NCBI GenBank assembly: GCA_035267045.1
Contig: DATFMH010000238.1
Location: forward strand, 5,914-69,913
Reading direction: 5' to 3'
DNA from: Balneolales bacterium
Lineage (GTDB): Bacteria > Bacteroidota > Rhodothermia > Balneolales > DATFMH01
Length of the DNA: 64,000 nt
Shown: positions 32,344 through 41,825 of the stretch, one piece after another
Layout: each line of letters begins with the position of its first letter
Numbering within the stretch: position 1 is the first letter of the stretch
Notes under the pieces: generated by a model
Database searches by the model: none
Seen by the model: the letters and a program-made list of their open reading frames with translations, nothing else
What the model was told of the DNA's origin: nothing
Position numbers and translations under genes: made by a program

Positions 32344-33396
32344 TTATACAATCTTCTTCTTGTAATGAACTTCGGGAAGGTTCCTCAGTTTCTCCGCACT
32401 AAGTTCGGCGGTAATATCCCGTTGCGGGTTGGCAAGCATCTCATATCCGACCATAAATTTTTTAACCGAAGCTGAACGTAGTAACGGGGGATAGAAATGC
32501 ATATGAAAATGCCATTCCGGGTGATGGCTACCATCCGTTGGAGCCGGGTGAAAACCGGCTGAATAAGGAAATGATATATTGAAAATATTGTCGTAACGAA
32601 TGGTTAATCTGCGAATGATATCAGCCAGGGAGGTTTTCTCGGAATCCGTGAGTTCGGTGAAATCGCCCAAATGCCGTTTGCTCATGAGTAATGTTTCATA
32701 AGGCCAAACGGCCCAGAAGGGAACTAGAACAACGAAATCGTCATTTTCGATGACAATACGTTCCTGTAATTCATTTTCCTTTTTTAAGTAATCACATAAC
32801 AGGCAACTTTGATGCTTATTCACATATTCAGTGAATTGATATTGCTCCTTTGAAGGTTCATCAGGAATCGTGTGCTGGGCCCAAATTTGTCCGTGTGGAT
32901 GCGGGTTACTGCATCCCATGATGGTCCCTTTATTTTCGAAGATTTGAACATAATTTATGTTATCGTGACTCCCAAGTACTTTATATTCCTCCGTCCAAAG
33001 GTCTACAACGTTCCGGATAGTCTCCGTCGACATTTCAGGCAGCGTAAGATCGTGACGTGGGGAGAAGCAAATAACCCGGCAAATCCCCTGTTCTCCTTCG
33101 GCAATAATCAGATCATCATTATTTATATCAGCTTCCGGAGTATTCATTTTTAGGGCACTGAAATCGTTGGTAAACACAAAAGTTTCAGGATAATCAGGAT
33201 TTATATCACCATCGGCACGCTTATTACCAGGACAAAGGTAACATCCCGGATCATATTTCGGTTTCTTTTCATCAGGAGTAGACTCTTCATGTCCCTGCCA
33301 GGGACGTTTGGCACGGTGTGGTGAAACCTGAATCCATTCTCCGGTTAATAAGTTATATCTTCTGTGTGGATGATCTTCAAAGTTAAAATCACTCAT
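32344..33396 (-). CDS. galT: galactose-1-phosphate uridylyltransferase
   Basis: 350 aa. Zn-site CYLCPGN and active-site [11 protein letters not shown]. Confidence 0.95.
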   Translation of the reverse strand: MSDFNFEDHPHRRYNLLTGEWIQVSPHRAKRPWQGHEESTPDEKKPKYDPGCYLCPGNKRADGDINPDYPETFVFTNDFSALKMNTPEADINNDDLIIAEGEQGICRVICFSPRHDLTLPEMSTETIRNVVDLWTEEYKVLGSHDNINYVQIFENKGTIMGCSNPHPHGQIWAQHTIPDEPSKEQYQFTEYVNKHQSCLLCDYLKKENELQERIVIENDDFVVLVPFWAVWPYETLLMSKRHLGDFTELTDSEKTSLADIIRRLTIRYDNIFNISFPYSAGFHPAPTDGSHHPEWHFHMHFYPPLLRSASVKKFMVGYEMLANPQRDITAELSAEKLRNLPEVHYKKKIV

Positions 33397-34583
33397 TTTG
33401 ATATCTCGCTTTGATATACAGTTGAGACGCCGTTTTCTATCTTTGTACGATAGATCTTTATGTTATTGCCGGTCTGTTCAGTGTATGATTTTTGTATCTT
33501 CTGTGCAAAATCTTCCACTTTATCTTTTTGGACTATATTAATTGTGCAACCACCAAAACCACCACCCATCATACGGGAACCGTAAACGCCTTCTATTTCT
33601 TTGGCAATATCAACAAGGATATCAAGTTCATTGCAGCTTACTTCATACTTATTTTTCAAACCGTCATGTGAGTCAAACATGCGTTGTCCAAACGAAATAA
33701 AATCCCCATTTATCAAATCCTGACAGGCATCATTAACCCTCTGGTTTTCTTCAACGACATATTCGCAACGTTTCAAAATTACGGGATTGAATTCCGTTTT
33801 ATGTGATTCAATCATTTCAAGATCTACATCGCGAAGACTGTTAACATCGGGGTAGTGACTATGCAATATTTTAACACCTTCTTCACATTGTTGACGCCGG
33901 ACATTGTATTCAGATGTGGCAAGATCGTGCTTTACATTACTATCACATAGAACTATCCGGAAATCATGATTGTCAAAGGGAAAATATTCGTAATCAAGAG
34001 AGCGGCAATCGAGCTTCAGGGCATGATTTTCTTTACCAAAAATATTTATGAATTGGTCCATAATACCACATTGCACACCAACAAAATCATTTTCTGCTTT
34101 TTGAGCCAGTTTGACTTTTGTGAGATTATCGATATTAAGGTTGAATACTTCCGATAAACCATAAATCAAACCACCCTCAATAGCCGCCGAAGAAGACATA
34201 CCTGCCCCGATGGGGATATTACCACCAAAAACGCAATCAAACCCCTGTAAGCCAATGTCGTTTTTTAATAATTGATCGACCACTCCCATAATGTAATTGG
34301 GCCATCCCTGCTCACTTTTAGCTATGGTGTTGGCGTTAACAATAAATTCAAAGTATTCATCGAGATTAGCAGCATAAAGTCGACAGGTATCGGTATTATT
34401 TGGAGCTAATCCGAGTAATATATATTTATCTATCGCAGCCGGTAAAACAAATCCATTATTATAATCAGTGTGTTCCCCAATAAGATTAACTCTACCCGGA
34501 GATTTTATGAATAACGGGTCAGTTTTAAACTCTTTTAAAAAATAATCTTGAATACGTAAATATAAAGGGTCTTGCTGTCTCAT
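33393..34583 (-). CDS. galK: galactokinase
   Basis: 396 aa. [13 protein letters not shown] signature and GHMP motif GAGMSSSAA. 4-bp overlap with galT. Confidence 0.95.
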   Translation of the reverse strand: MRQQDPLYLRIQDYFLKEFKTDPLFIKSPGRVNLIGEHTDYNNGFVLPAAIDKYILLGLAPNNTDTCRLYAANLDEYFEFIVNANTIAKSEQGWPNYIMGVVDQLLKNDIGLQGFDCVFGGNIPIGAGMSSSAAIEGGLIYGLSEVFNLNIDNLTKVKLAQKAENDFVGVQCGIMDQFINIFGKENHALKLDCRSLDYEYFPFDNHDFRIVLCDSNVKHDLATSEYNVRRQQCEEGVKILHSHYPDVNSLRDVDLEMIESHKTEFNPVILKRCEYVVEENQRVNDACQDLINGDFISFGQRMFDSHDGLKNKYEVSCNELDILVDIAKEIEGVYGSRMMGGGFGGCTINIVQKDKVEDFAQKIQKSYTEQTGNNIKIYRTKIENGVSTVYQSEISK

Positions 34584-34590
34584 TATTACT

Positions 34591-34857
34591 TTATTCTACA
34601 GTTGAATTACGAGTTAGCCAGATAAAAACGGCACCTGAGAGGAACATAAAGCCACCCCACCAGATATCCGGATGCAAATATTCTAAAACAGTACCGCTTT
34701 GGCCAGGATAATAAGCATTATATATGCCTGTTATACCGATAACCAGTCCTGTAAAAAATAATATCAGGCCTACAAAAAACCATATAGGTCTCATACCTTT
34801 AGTTTCCTCGGTATTATCATTTGTTGTTTCTGTTGAGATATTTGATTCTTCTGCCAT
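34591..34857 (-). CDS. small two-TM membrane protein of unknown function
   Basis: 88 aa. Acidic, Thr-rich N-terminus, then two hydrophobic helices. Packed between the symporter (15-nt gap) and galK (7-nt gap). Confidence 0.6.
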   Translation of the reverse strand: MAEESNISTETTNDNTEETKGMRPIWFFVGLILFFTGLVIGITGIYNAYYPGQSGTVLEYLHPDIWWGGFMFLSGAVFIWLTRNSTVE

Positions 34858-34872
34858 GAAAGGACTCCTATT

Positions 34873-36534
34873 TTACCAGAAATAAATATTGAGGGCAATT
34901 AATACAACACCGGAAATAATAGCAACAAATTCAGGTGTCTTATAAAAGGGACGTGGTTTGGTATCCACTTCATTTGTCAGGCCTTTAACTAAGCCTACCA
35001 GTTCTTCTCTGGATTTTTTCCGTGTGAAGAAGCTAACGATAATAGTTACACCAAAACATATTAACCAGGCCCACCATGCACGCCAGAAGTTTGCTGCCAT
35101 ATCACTCGATACATGTGAAAAGGAAATCGTATCCCTGGCAATCCAGCCAAATTTAACAGCGATGTACATTCCGAAAGAAGATCCCATTCCAGCCAAAAGG
35201 CCCCAAAAAGCACCATCTGCGGTAATCCAAACCAGGAACATACCAAGCAGCATAGTTGCGAACAGGGGGGCGTTCACCCAGGAAAATATAGCCTGCATAT
35301 AATCCATAATCGTAGGCATGCTTTTAGCCCAATAAGCGGTACCGACACTAATTACGATTCCGACCAAAGTAGCCGCTCTGCCCATCCATAAAAGATGATC
35401 TTTCGTTGCATCTTTATTTATGACAGCCTGGTAAATATCGTACGTCCATACCGTGTTAAAGGCACTTATATTACCTGCCTGACCCGCCATGAAACCAGCG
35501 AGCAGGGCAGTGACACCCAAACCAAGTAATCCATGAGGATAATACCGCTTAAGTAGAAGCGGTAAGGCCGAGTCATAATTAATATGGCTACCGGTATGCA
35601 TTAGATGGAATCCGGTGGAGGCGTCTTTTGAAAGCACCAATGCAATCAATCCACCCAGTACAACGATAAACGGCAGTGCCATTTTAAAAAATGAAGCAAT
35701 GATGGGAGTCATGCGTGCCGAACGCAGATCTCTGGCGGAAAAAGCTCGTTGTACAACCAGAAAATCTGTAGTCCAGTAACCGAAAGAGAGTACAAATCCC
35801 AGGCCAAGAACGATGCCGCCCCATGTTACCATCATACCATTATGAGCGGCATTACCTGATGTAGACCAAAGTGTTGCATATGATTGTGGTATGCGGGCAA
35901 ATATCTGATGAAAACTTCCGATATCAACAATACCTAATACTACGACTAAAAATAAACCAAACCAGATGAGAAAAAATTGGACAATTTCAGTAAATATTGC
36001 AGATAACAGGCCGCTCATTGTAACGTAAACAGCAACTGTAATAGCTGAGGCCCACATACTGATATGCCAGCTCCAGCCAAGGAATGTATGCATAACCAGA
36101 GCCATTGCATACAAGTTAATACCCGCAACCAACAAGGTCATGACTGCGAAAGAGATAGCATTAAGGACTCTGGTCTTCTCATCATACCGTAACTTCAGGT
36201 ATCCTGGAATAGATTTGATTTTACTACTGTAATAGAATGGCATCATATATATCGCCAGAAACAACATAGCCGGGACGGCTCCTATCCAATAGAAATGGGC
36301 GACATATACCCCATATTTAAAAGTATCACCGGTCATTCCCATTAATTCGAGAGCTCCCATATTGGCCGATAGAAAAGCGAGACCCGCAACCCACGAACTG
36401 TTTTTACGTCCGGCCAGGAAAAAATCATTTTCACTTTTCGTAAATTTTTTCAAATAAAAGCCAATACCGATGATAAAGCCGAAGTAAATAGCAATTACCA
36501 GCCAATCGGCAAAATTTAAAGCAAAAGATCCCAT
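34873..36534 (-). CDS. sodium:solute symporter family (SGLT-like Na+/sugar cotransporter)
   Basis: 553 aa, about 14 predicted TM helices. N-terminal FFLAGR motif region typical of the SSS family. gal operon context. Confidence 0.88.
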   Translation of the reverse strand: MGSFALNFADWLVIAIYFGFIIGIGFYLKKFTKSENDFFLAGRKNSSWVAGLAFLSANMGALELMGMTGDTFKYGVYVAHFYWIGAVPAMLFLAIYMMPFYYSSKIKSIPGYLKLRYDEKTRVLNAISFAVMTLLVAGINLYAMALVMHTFLGWSWHISMWASAITVAVYVTMSGLLSAIFTEIVQFFLIWFGLFLVVVLGIVDIGSFHQIFARIPQSYATLWSTSGNAAHNGMMVTWGGIVLGLGFVLSFGYWTTDFLVVQRAFSARDLRSARMTPIIASFFKMALPFIVVLGGLIALVLSKDASTGFHLMHTGSHINYDSALPLLLKRYYPHGLLGLGVTALLAGFMAGQAGNISAFNTVWTYDIYQAVINKDATKDHLLWMGRAATLVGIVISVGTAYWAKSMPTIMDYMQAIFSWVNAPLFATMLLGMFLVWITADGAFWGLLAGMGSSFGMYIAVKFGWIARDTISFSHVSSDMAANFWRAWWAWLICFGVTIIVSFFTRKKSREELVGLVKGLTNEVDTKPRPFYKTPEFVAIISGVVLIALNIYFW

Positions 36535-36565
36535 TCAGTTACTCCTTATATTCAGGGTTAATTGA

Positions 36566-37564
36566 TCAAAAAATATAGTTACTACAATTTTGGAAATCAG
36601 GTTTACCATTAATAACACTCAAAGTCAGGGACCAGGTATCTGTTGCACCTGATTCCAGATACGGACATTCATTTCTGGCTACTGCTTTTTGGAGAGAATC
36701 GGGTCGGCCGTTAGTGGGTTCGAGTCCGACAGTCAAATGTTTATTACTGTTATGATCAGGCCAACCGCCATAGCAGAGCCAAAGTCCCAGGAAGGGTATT
36801 TCACTGGTATTGAAGCTGAATAAAATAGATTCATTAGTATCGGGTTTGTAGATGCCAGCGCATCCTTCGTGTAATTTGTTGGTAAAGATTTTAATGGCAT
36901 GATTCAATTGTTTGCTTTGAACACAGGAATAATTTGTGCTGTTATCCAGATACGGCCATGAAAGAATGTCTCCATACTTCCCAATACTTTCATTTGAAGA
37001 ACCATTTACAAAAACATCTGTTATCTCTTCTCCAATTAGTATTTGATTCCCTTGTTCAACATTTAACAGGGGATGGGCTGACCACAGGTACCGGTACCCG
37101 TAATCTGATTTATTAGATAATTGATAGGAAATATGAATCTGGTTTTTATTAATAGATATTTCCTTATTAAAATTATAATCCAGGTTAACCCCATCGATGG
37201 ACAGCGTAAGAGAATCTTTGTTTATTTCATAATTCCACGGACGTGACCACAATTCACCGTGATCCGGCAAAAATGTCTCTTGCTTATGGTTATTTCCGGT
37301 TTTGAAAAAATAAGATTCTTCAATAGTAGGAAAACATTCATCAAAACCACTGGTATCATACTTATCAAAAGAGTCGCCAAAGGCAGCCTGATGGTACGGT
37401 GATTGTGGTTCTTGTAAAAATTGACTTCCTGTTTTCTTGTTATGCAGTTCAATCATTTTACCACCTATAGCTGGCAAAAAAATAATATTCAAAAAATCGT
37501 TTTCCATACTCACATAATCACAACCATTTTGAGTATAGCTTTCGATGGTTACATTCTTATTCAT
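36566..37564 (-). CDS. aldose 1-epimerase (galactose mutarotase-like) superfamily protein
   Basis: 332 aa. A beta-sandwich-type sequence with PDHGELWSRPW and WSAHPL motifs. First gene of the gal operon. The assignment rests mainly on context. Confidence 0.5.
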   Translation of the reverse strand: MNKNVTIESYTQNGCDYVSMENDFLNIIFLPAIGGKMIELHNKKTGSQFLQEPQSPYHQAAFGDSFDKYDTSGFDECFPTIEESYFFKTGNNHKQETFLPDHGELWSRPWNYEINKDSLTLSIDGVNLDYNFNKEISINKNQIHISYQLSNKSDYGYRYLWSAHPLLNVEQGNQILIGEEITDVFVNGSSNESIGKYGDILSWPYLDNSTNYSCVQSKQLNHAIKIFTNKLHEGCAGIYKPDTNESILFSFNTSEIPFLGLWLCYGGWPDHNSNKHLTVGLEPTNGRPDSLQKAVARNECPYLESGATDTWSLTLSVINGKPDFQNCSNYIF

Positions 37565-37838
37565 ATACTATAAACTTATCGCTCTAAGTTGATTACTTAG
37601 AATATTCAGGACAAACATATTTCTGTAACATATTCAAATTATTGATTATAATAATTTGTAGGACTCTATTAAATCATTTGATTTGTATATATAGAATCTT
37701 TAAATGTTAGTAATTGCAAGCCATTATATAAAAGTACACACAAATATAGTTGCCATTATTTAAGGCTTGTGAATCCCTTCCATATGACTCTATTCCATAC
37801 GTAATGCTTTAATATCAAAACAAGCATTATAACAAAAA

Positions 37839-37852
37839 TGGTAACGATAACA
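37839..37852. promoter_or_regulatory. LacI-family-type operator candidate (gal operon, distal)
   Basis: TGGTAACGATAACA fits TGnnAnCGnTnnCA. Confidence 0.45.
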
Positions 37853-37863
37853 AATTTTAAGAT

Positions 37864-37877
37864 TGTTATCGTTAACA
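37864..37877. promoter_or_regulatory. LacI-family-type operator candidate (gal operon, proximal)
   Basis: TGTTATCGTTAACA, 25 bp centre-to-centre from the 37839 site. A minus-strand TTGACA lies at 37916-37911 upstream. Confidence 0.5.
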
Positions 37878-38459
37878 GTACTAAGATAATAACATCCTTC
37901 AATAAATAAATGTCAAGAAAATATTTTTTTAAAAAAAAATATTAGGGCTAATCTATATAAGATAGGGTATGCTTTTAAAGCCATAATAATAAAAATTATA
38001 AGGATAATTGTATATAACTGTTTTATAAAATAATTAAGTGTAAATATATATTTGAAATCCGAGATCGGATACTCATATATAAACAATGCAGTCTATTGAC
38101 CTATCCATGTGCTATCGTTAATGTTTTTTTTAAATATATTATGTGGAGCAACTTTTTGAAAATTATTTCTCAGATTTTACGATTATCGAATTTACTGATG
38201 TGCGAATATATTTTTGCATCAACAAAAATGTAATGCTATCTAATTGGATAATGGTAAAATCCATTCCATGTAAAATTTTATATAGTGGAAGAATTAAGCA
38301 GCAATAGTCTTCATTGGATTGTTTAAAACTGCAAATGCCCATGTTTGAATTAGTGCTTCTAACATAATACAAAGTGGTGATCCAAGGAAAGAGTATAAAT
38401 AGCTGTTGAACCAATTGTTTTCGAGACGCCCAAATTAACATAGATCAGAGTTTTTTTGA

Positions 38460-38813
38460 TATACTGACCACCGTGATGTTACTACCATTGGTGGCGCTAT
38501 GGTAAATGGAAATGTAAAATATTATAATTTCGGTTTAGATGATTACGACCGGCTTAATGATAAGTATTTAGATCCATATGAGTTTCTGGGCATAGGTTTT
38601 AATAGGTATAAGGTAAGCCGCCGGTGGTATAGCAATATTAAAAAGCAGTTATACTTTTGATGGAGTTGTGGGTTTGGAAATCAAATTGATACCATTGATC
38701 AAGCTATTGATTATCAGTTTACCAAATCGACGGTTCATAATTTTCAGATTCAAATTTTTAATCTTGATAAATCGGTAGGGGAATTACTAATTGGGATAAA
38801 TTATGAACTGTAA
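38460..38813 (+). pseudogene. gene remnant (C-terminal part of a beta-barrel-like protein) with in-frame TGA
   Basis: Single frame open over 38460-38657 and 38661-38810, interrupted by TGA at 38658. There is no start codon. The translation ends ...SVGELLIGINYEL, with alternating beta-strand-like sequence. Confidence 0.3.
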
Positions 38814-38847
38814 ATTATTGATATCTTAACGTTATAATTATACTGAA

Positions 38848-41337
38848 ATGAAAAAAAATAGTTCGGCATTAATAATCATAATCCTGATTGGATTATGTAC
38901 TAATGATAGTTATGCTCAGCAAAATTTTCGACCGCCGGCATATCCTTTGATAGCATCTGATCCGTATTTTAGTATCTGGTCCTTTAATGATACGCTCTAT
39001 AATGGTCCAACCCATCATTGGACTGGTAAAACCCAGTCTTTACAGGGAATCATACGGGTGGATGGAAACTCCATGTATTTTCTCGGAAAACCGATACCGG
39101 AATATGATGCTATTTTGCCATTATCATCGAAAGATAACGGAAGGTGGCGTTATACATTTAATCAACCGGGCAATCAGAAATGGTATGAGCCGGATTATAA
39201 TGCATCATCCTGGAATCAGACAAAGGGGGCTTTCAGCGATCACAAAAATGCGCCTAATAAATGGACCTCACACGATATTTGGGTACGCCGTACATTTGAA
39301 CTGACCCGGGCAAACCTGAATCATCTTTATTTAAAACTGCATCATGATGATAACGTTACAGTCTATATAAATGGCGTTTTGGCTTATAAAAAGATAGGCT
39401 GGGTGTCGTCGCCGGTTTTATTAAAAATGAATGATAAAGTTGAAAAGGCTTTACAAAAAGGATCAAATGTATTGGCAATTCACTGCGTAAACACGGCTGG
39501 TGGGGCCTATCTCGATGCGGGCTTAGTTGAGAAAAAAATATCGCAATTACGGGTACCTGATGATAAACAAACATCGGTAAAAGTAACGGCTACTCAAACA
39601 ATTTATAATTTCAATTGCGATAATGTTGCTTTACAGGTAACCTTTACAACTCCAAAATTACTGGGTAATCCCGATCTTGTTTCCCGTCCTGCCAATTATG
39701 TCACGTTTCGGACACATTCTCTCGATAGTCAAAAACATAAAGTTCAACTATATTTCAGTGCCGCAGGTAACCTGGCAGTGAATACAAAAGATCAGAAAGT
39801 CGTTTGGAGGAGAGAGAAAGATCAGAATCTTTCGGTGATGCGCGTTGGTACAAAAACACAAAATGTACTGGGCCGAAAAGGTGATAATGTACGTGTGGAT
39901 TGGGGATATTTTTACCTGGCCGCCCCCAAAAAGGAAGGTCTGTCCACCAGTATAGATGCAAGTAATAAATCCATAAAGAATTTTGTCGATAACGGGCAAT
40001 TAACCATTCCCGATGATAAGCAAATGCCGCGTGCTGCCGGTAAAAATCCTGTTACATTGGCTTTAACTTATGATATGGGAAGAGTTGGTACAACGAATAT
40101 TAAAAGACATATTATCCTGGCGTACGATGAACTTTACCCGATTGAGTTTTTTCATCAAAAACTAAAAGCGTGGTGGAAAAGAGATGCCGGTATGACAGCG
40201 TTAAAAATGTTGAATCAATCGGATAAAGATTATGCCGATTTAATCACAAAGTGTGATCATTTTGATTCAGAAATGGCCCGAAAAGCAACGGAAGCGGGAG
40301 GACCCCGATATGCTAAATTATGTGAACTGGCTTATCGTCAGGCTTTGGCAGCTTGTAAACTGGCGCAGGGGCCGGATGGGAAACCCTATTATTTTACGAA
40401 AGAAAATTTTAGCAACGGTGATATCAGTACGGTTGACGTAATTTATCCCACTTCACCGGTGATGCTTAATTATAATGCAAATCTGCTGAAAGCATTGATG
40501 AACCCGGTTTTTTATTACAGTGAATCGGGCAAGTGGATTAGGCCTTATTCCCCTCATGATTTAGGTACATATCCCATTGCCAATGGACGCAAGCGTGAGG
40601 AAAGTATGCCCATTGAGGAGAGTGGAAATATGATAATTATGTCAGCTGCAATATCCGAGGTTGATGGAAATGCATCATATGCCAAAAGCCACTGGAAGGT
40701 ATTGACCCAATGGGCCCATTATTTATTACAGTACGGTATGGACCCCCAAAATCAATTAACAACAGACGATTTTGCGGGAAGAACAGCGCACAATGCCAAT
40801 CTGTCCGTTAAAGCTATAATGGGTATCGCCAGTTATGGAAAAATGGCCGGTATGCTCGGTAAAAAACAAATAGCAAAAGAATATGTGGATACAGCCCGGG
40901 CCATGGCAAAAAAATGGATTAAGCTGGATAAAGAAGGGAATCATTATAAATTGACCTTCACCAGGAAAAATTCCTGGTCGCAAAAGTATAACCTGGTCTG
41001 GGATAAGGTTTTCAACTGGAATATATTCCCCGATAAAGTTGCACGGCAGGAAATCGCTTATTATCTCACCAGGCAGAATAAATATGGGCTGCCGCTGGAT
41101 AATCGTGCTACTTATACGAAAAGCGACTGGATAAACTGGACAGCAACGCTTGCAGGCAATAAAACGACATTCGAAAAATTTATTGGTCCGCTGTTCAAGG
41201 CATTCAGCGAGACCAAAGACCGCGTACCGATGACCGACTGGTATCAGACTACGGATGCCAGCCAGGTTGGTTTTCAAGCCCGGTCGGTAGTAGGAGGCTA
41301 TTTTATGAAAATGTTGGATCAGAAAATGGAAAAATAA
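38848..41337 (+). CDS. DUF4965/DUF1793 (glutaminase-A-like) putative glycoside hydrolase with inserted galactose-binding-like domain
   Basis: 829 aa with a signal peptide. N-terminal PPAYPLIASDPYFSIWSF is typical of the DUF5127/DUF4965 architecture. Residues about 95-230 resemble a jelly-roll sugar-binding domain (WVRRTF...LHHDDNVTVYINGV). C-terminal (alpha/alpha)6-like region. Confidence 0.7.
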   Translation: MKKNSSALIIIILIGLCTNDSYAQQNFRPPAYPLIASDPYFSIWSFNDTLYNGPTHHWTGKTQSLQGIIRVDGNSMYFLGKPIPEYDAILPLSSKDNGRWRYTFNQPGNQKWYEPDYNASSWNQTKGAFSDHKNAPNKWTSHDIWVRRTFELTRANLNHLYLKLHHDDNVTVYINGVLAYKKIGWVSSPVLLKMNDKVEKALQKGSNVLAIHCVNTAGGAYLDAGLVEKKISQLRVPDDKQTSVKVTATQTIYNFNCDNVALQVTFTTPKLLGNPDLVSRPANYVTFRTHSLDSQKHKVQLYFSAAGNLAVNTKDQKVVWRREKDQNLSVMRVGTKTQNVLGRKGDNVRVDWGYFYLAAPKKEGLSTSIDASNKSIKNFVDNGQLTIPDDKQMPRAAGKNPVTLALTYDMGRVGTTNIKRHIILAYDELYPIEFFHQKLKAWWKRDAGMTALKMLNQSDKDYADLITKCDHFDSEMARKATEAGGPRYAKLCELAYRQALAACKLAQGPDGKPYYFTKENFSNGDISTVDVIYPTSPVMLNYNANLLKALMNPVFYYSESGKWIRPYSPHDLGTYPIANGRKREESMPIEESGNMIIMSAAISEVDGNASYAKSHWKVLTQWAHYLLQYGMDPQNQLTTDDFAGRTAHNANLSVKAIMGIASYGKMAGMLGKKQIAKEYVDTARAMAKKWIKLDKEGNHYKLTFTRKNSWSQKYNLVWDKVFNWNIFPDKVARQEIAYYLTRQNKYGLPLDNRATYTKSDWINWTATLAGNKTTFEKFIGPLFKAFSETKDRVPMTDWYQTTDASQVGFQARSVVGGYFMKMLDQKMEK

Positions 41338-41400
41338 ACAACTATAGATGTGGTTGGTTTCAAGCTCTTTGAATTTTTTTCATTTGTCCAATAGGAAATC

Positions 41401-41434
41401 ATCAGGCTCTATTTTATATAAAATAGAGCCTGAT
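41401..41434. terminator. 16-bp perfect palindromic hairpin after the DUF4965 gene
   Basis: atcaggctctatttta (41401-41416) pairs with taaaatagagcctgat (41419-41434). No T-run follows. Confidence 0.45.
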
Positions 41435-41491
41435 ACATGTACAAAAGCGTATATATTTATAGCAAAATATATACATGTTCAAAGATTCAAC

Positions 41492-41520
41492 TTGACAAAA
41501 AGATAAATAACCTTTACTCT
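41492..41520 (+). promoter_or_regulatory. candidate sigma70-type promoter for SusC-1
   Basis: TTGACA (41492-41497), 17 nt, TACTCT (41515-41520). Confidence 0.4.
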
Positions 41521-41533
41521 AAATGGTATAACA

Positions 41534-41547
41534 TGTTAGCGTTAACA
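41534..41547. promoter_or_regulatory. LacI-family-type operator candidate (PUL-A)
   Basis: TGTTAGCGTTAACA, starting 14 nt after the putative -10. Confidence 0.5.
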
Positions 41548-41825
41548 AATAAGGTTACTCTACAGTTATGCGTATTTTTAGATCTTATTACTTTTGGAAA
41601 TTAACTTCTAAAAAACTCTTCATAAAATTTATTTTGGGTTGGCGTGTGTAATCCCATACATATCTGGCGCTTCTGAATATACCCTTAATTTAGTCTGAAA
41701 ATCTGTGCACAGGATAAATCTCTGTTATCCTTGTTTCATCTTTTTTAAAAGCGCTTTGCATGTCCGCCCTCCCGGGGATGTATCCGGGTAATAATCCTTA
41801 ACCATAATGACTAATCATCTTACTT

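Noticed and set aside
38110-38123. TGCTATCGTTAATG as an operator
   Set aside because: The left half fits but the right half lacks the CA end. The site is isolated in the spacer with no nearby promoter candidate.
38163-38441. 92-aa minus-strand ORF in the AT-rich spacer
   Set aside because: The Cys/Ile/Leu-rich composition reflects AT-rich DNA. It has no motifs, no signal of selection, and sits alone between divergent control regions.
38658-38660. In-frame TGA as a selenocysteine or recoding site
   Set aside because: The frame has no start codon, no adjacent SECIS-like hairpin was seen, and the context is a decayed fragment. Pseudogenisation is the simpler reading.
38824-38837. TCTTAACGTTATAA as a full member of the operator family
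   Set aside because: Only the 8-bp core TAACGTTA matches, and the outer TG/CA positions are missing. I mention it only as a weak site.
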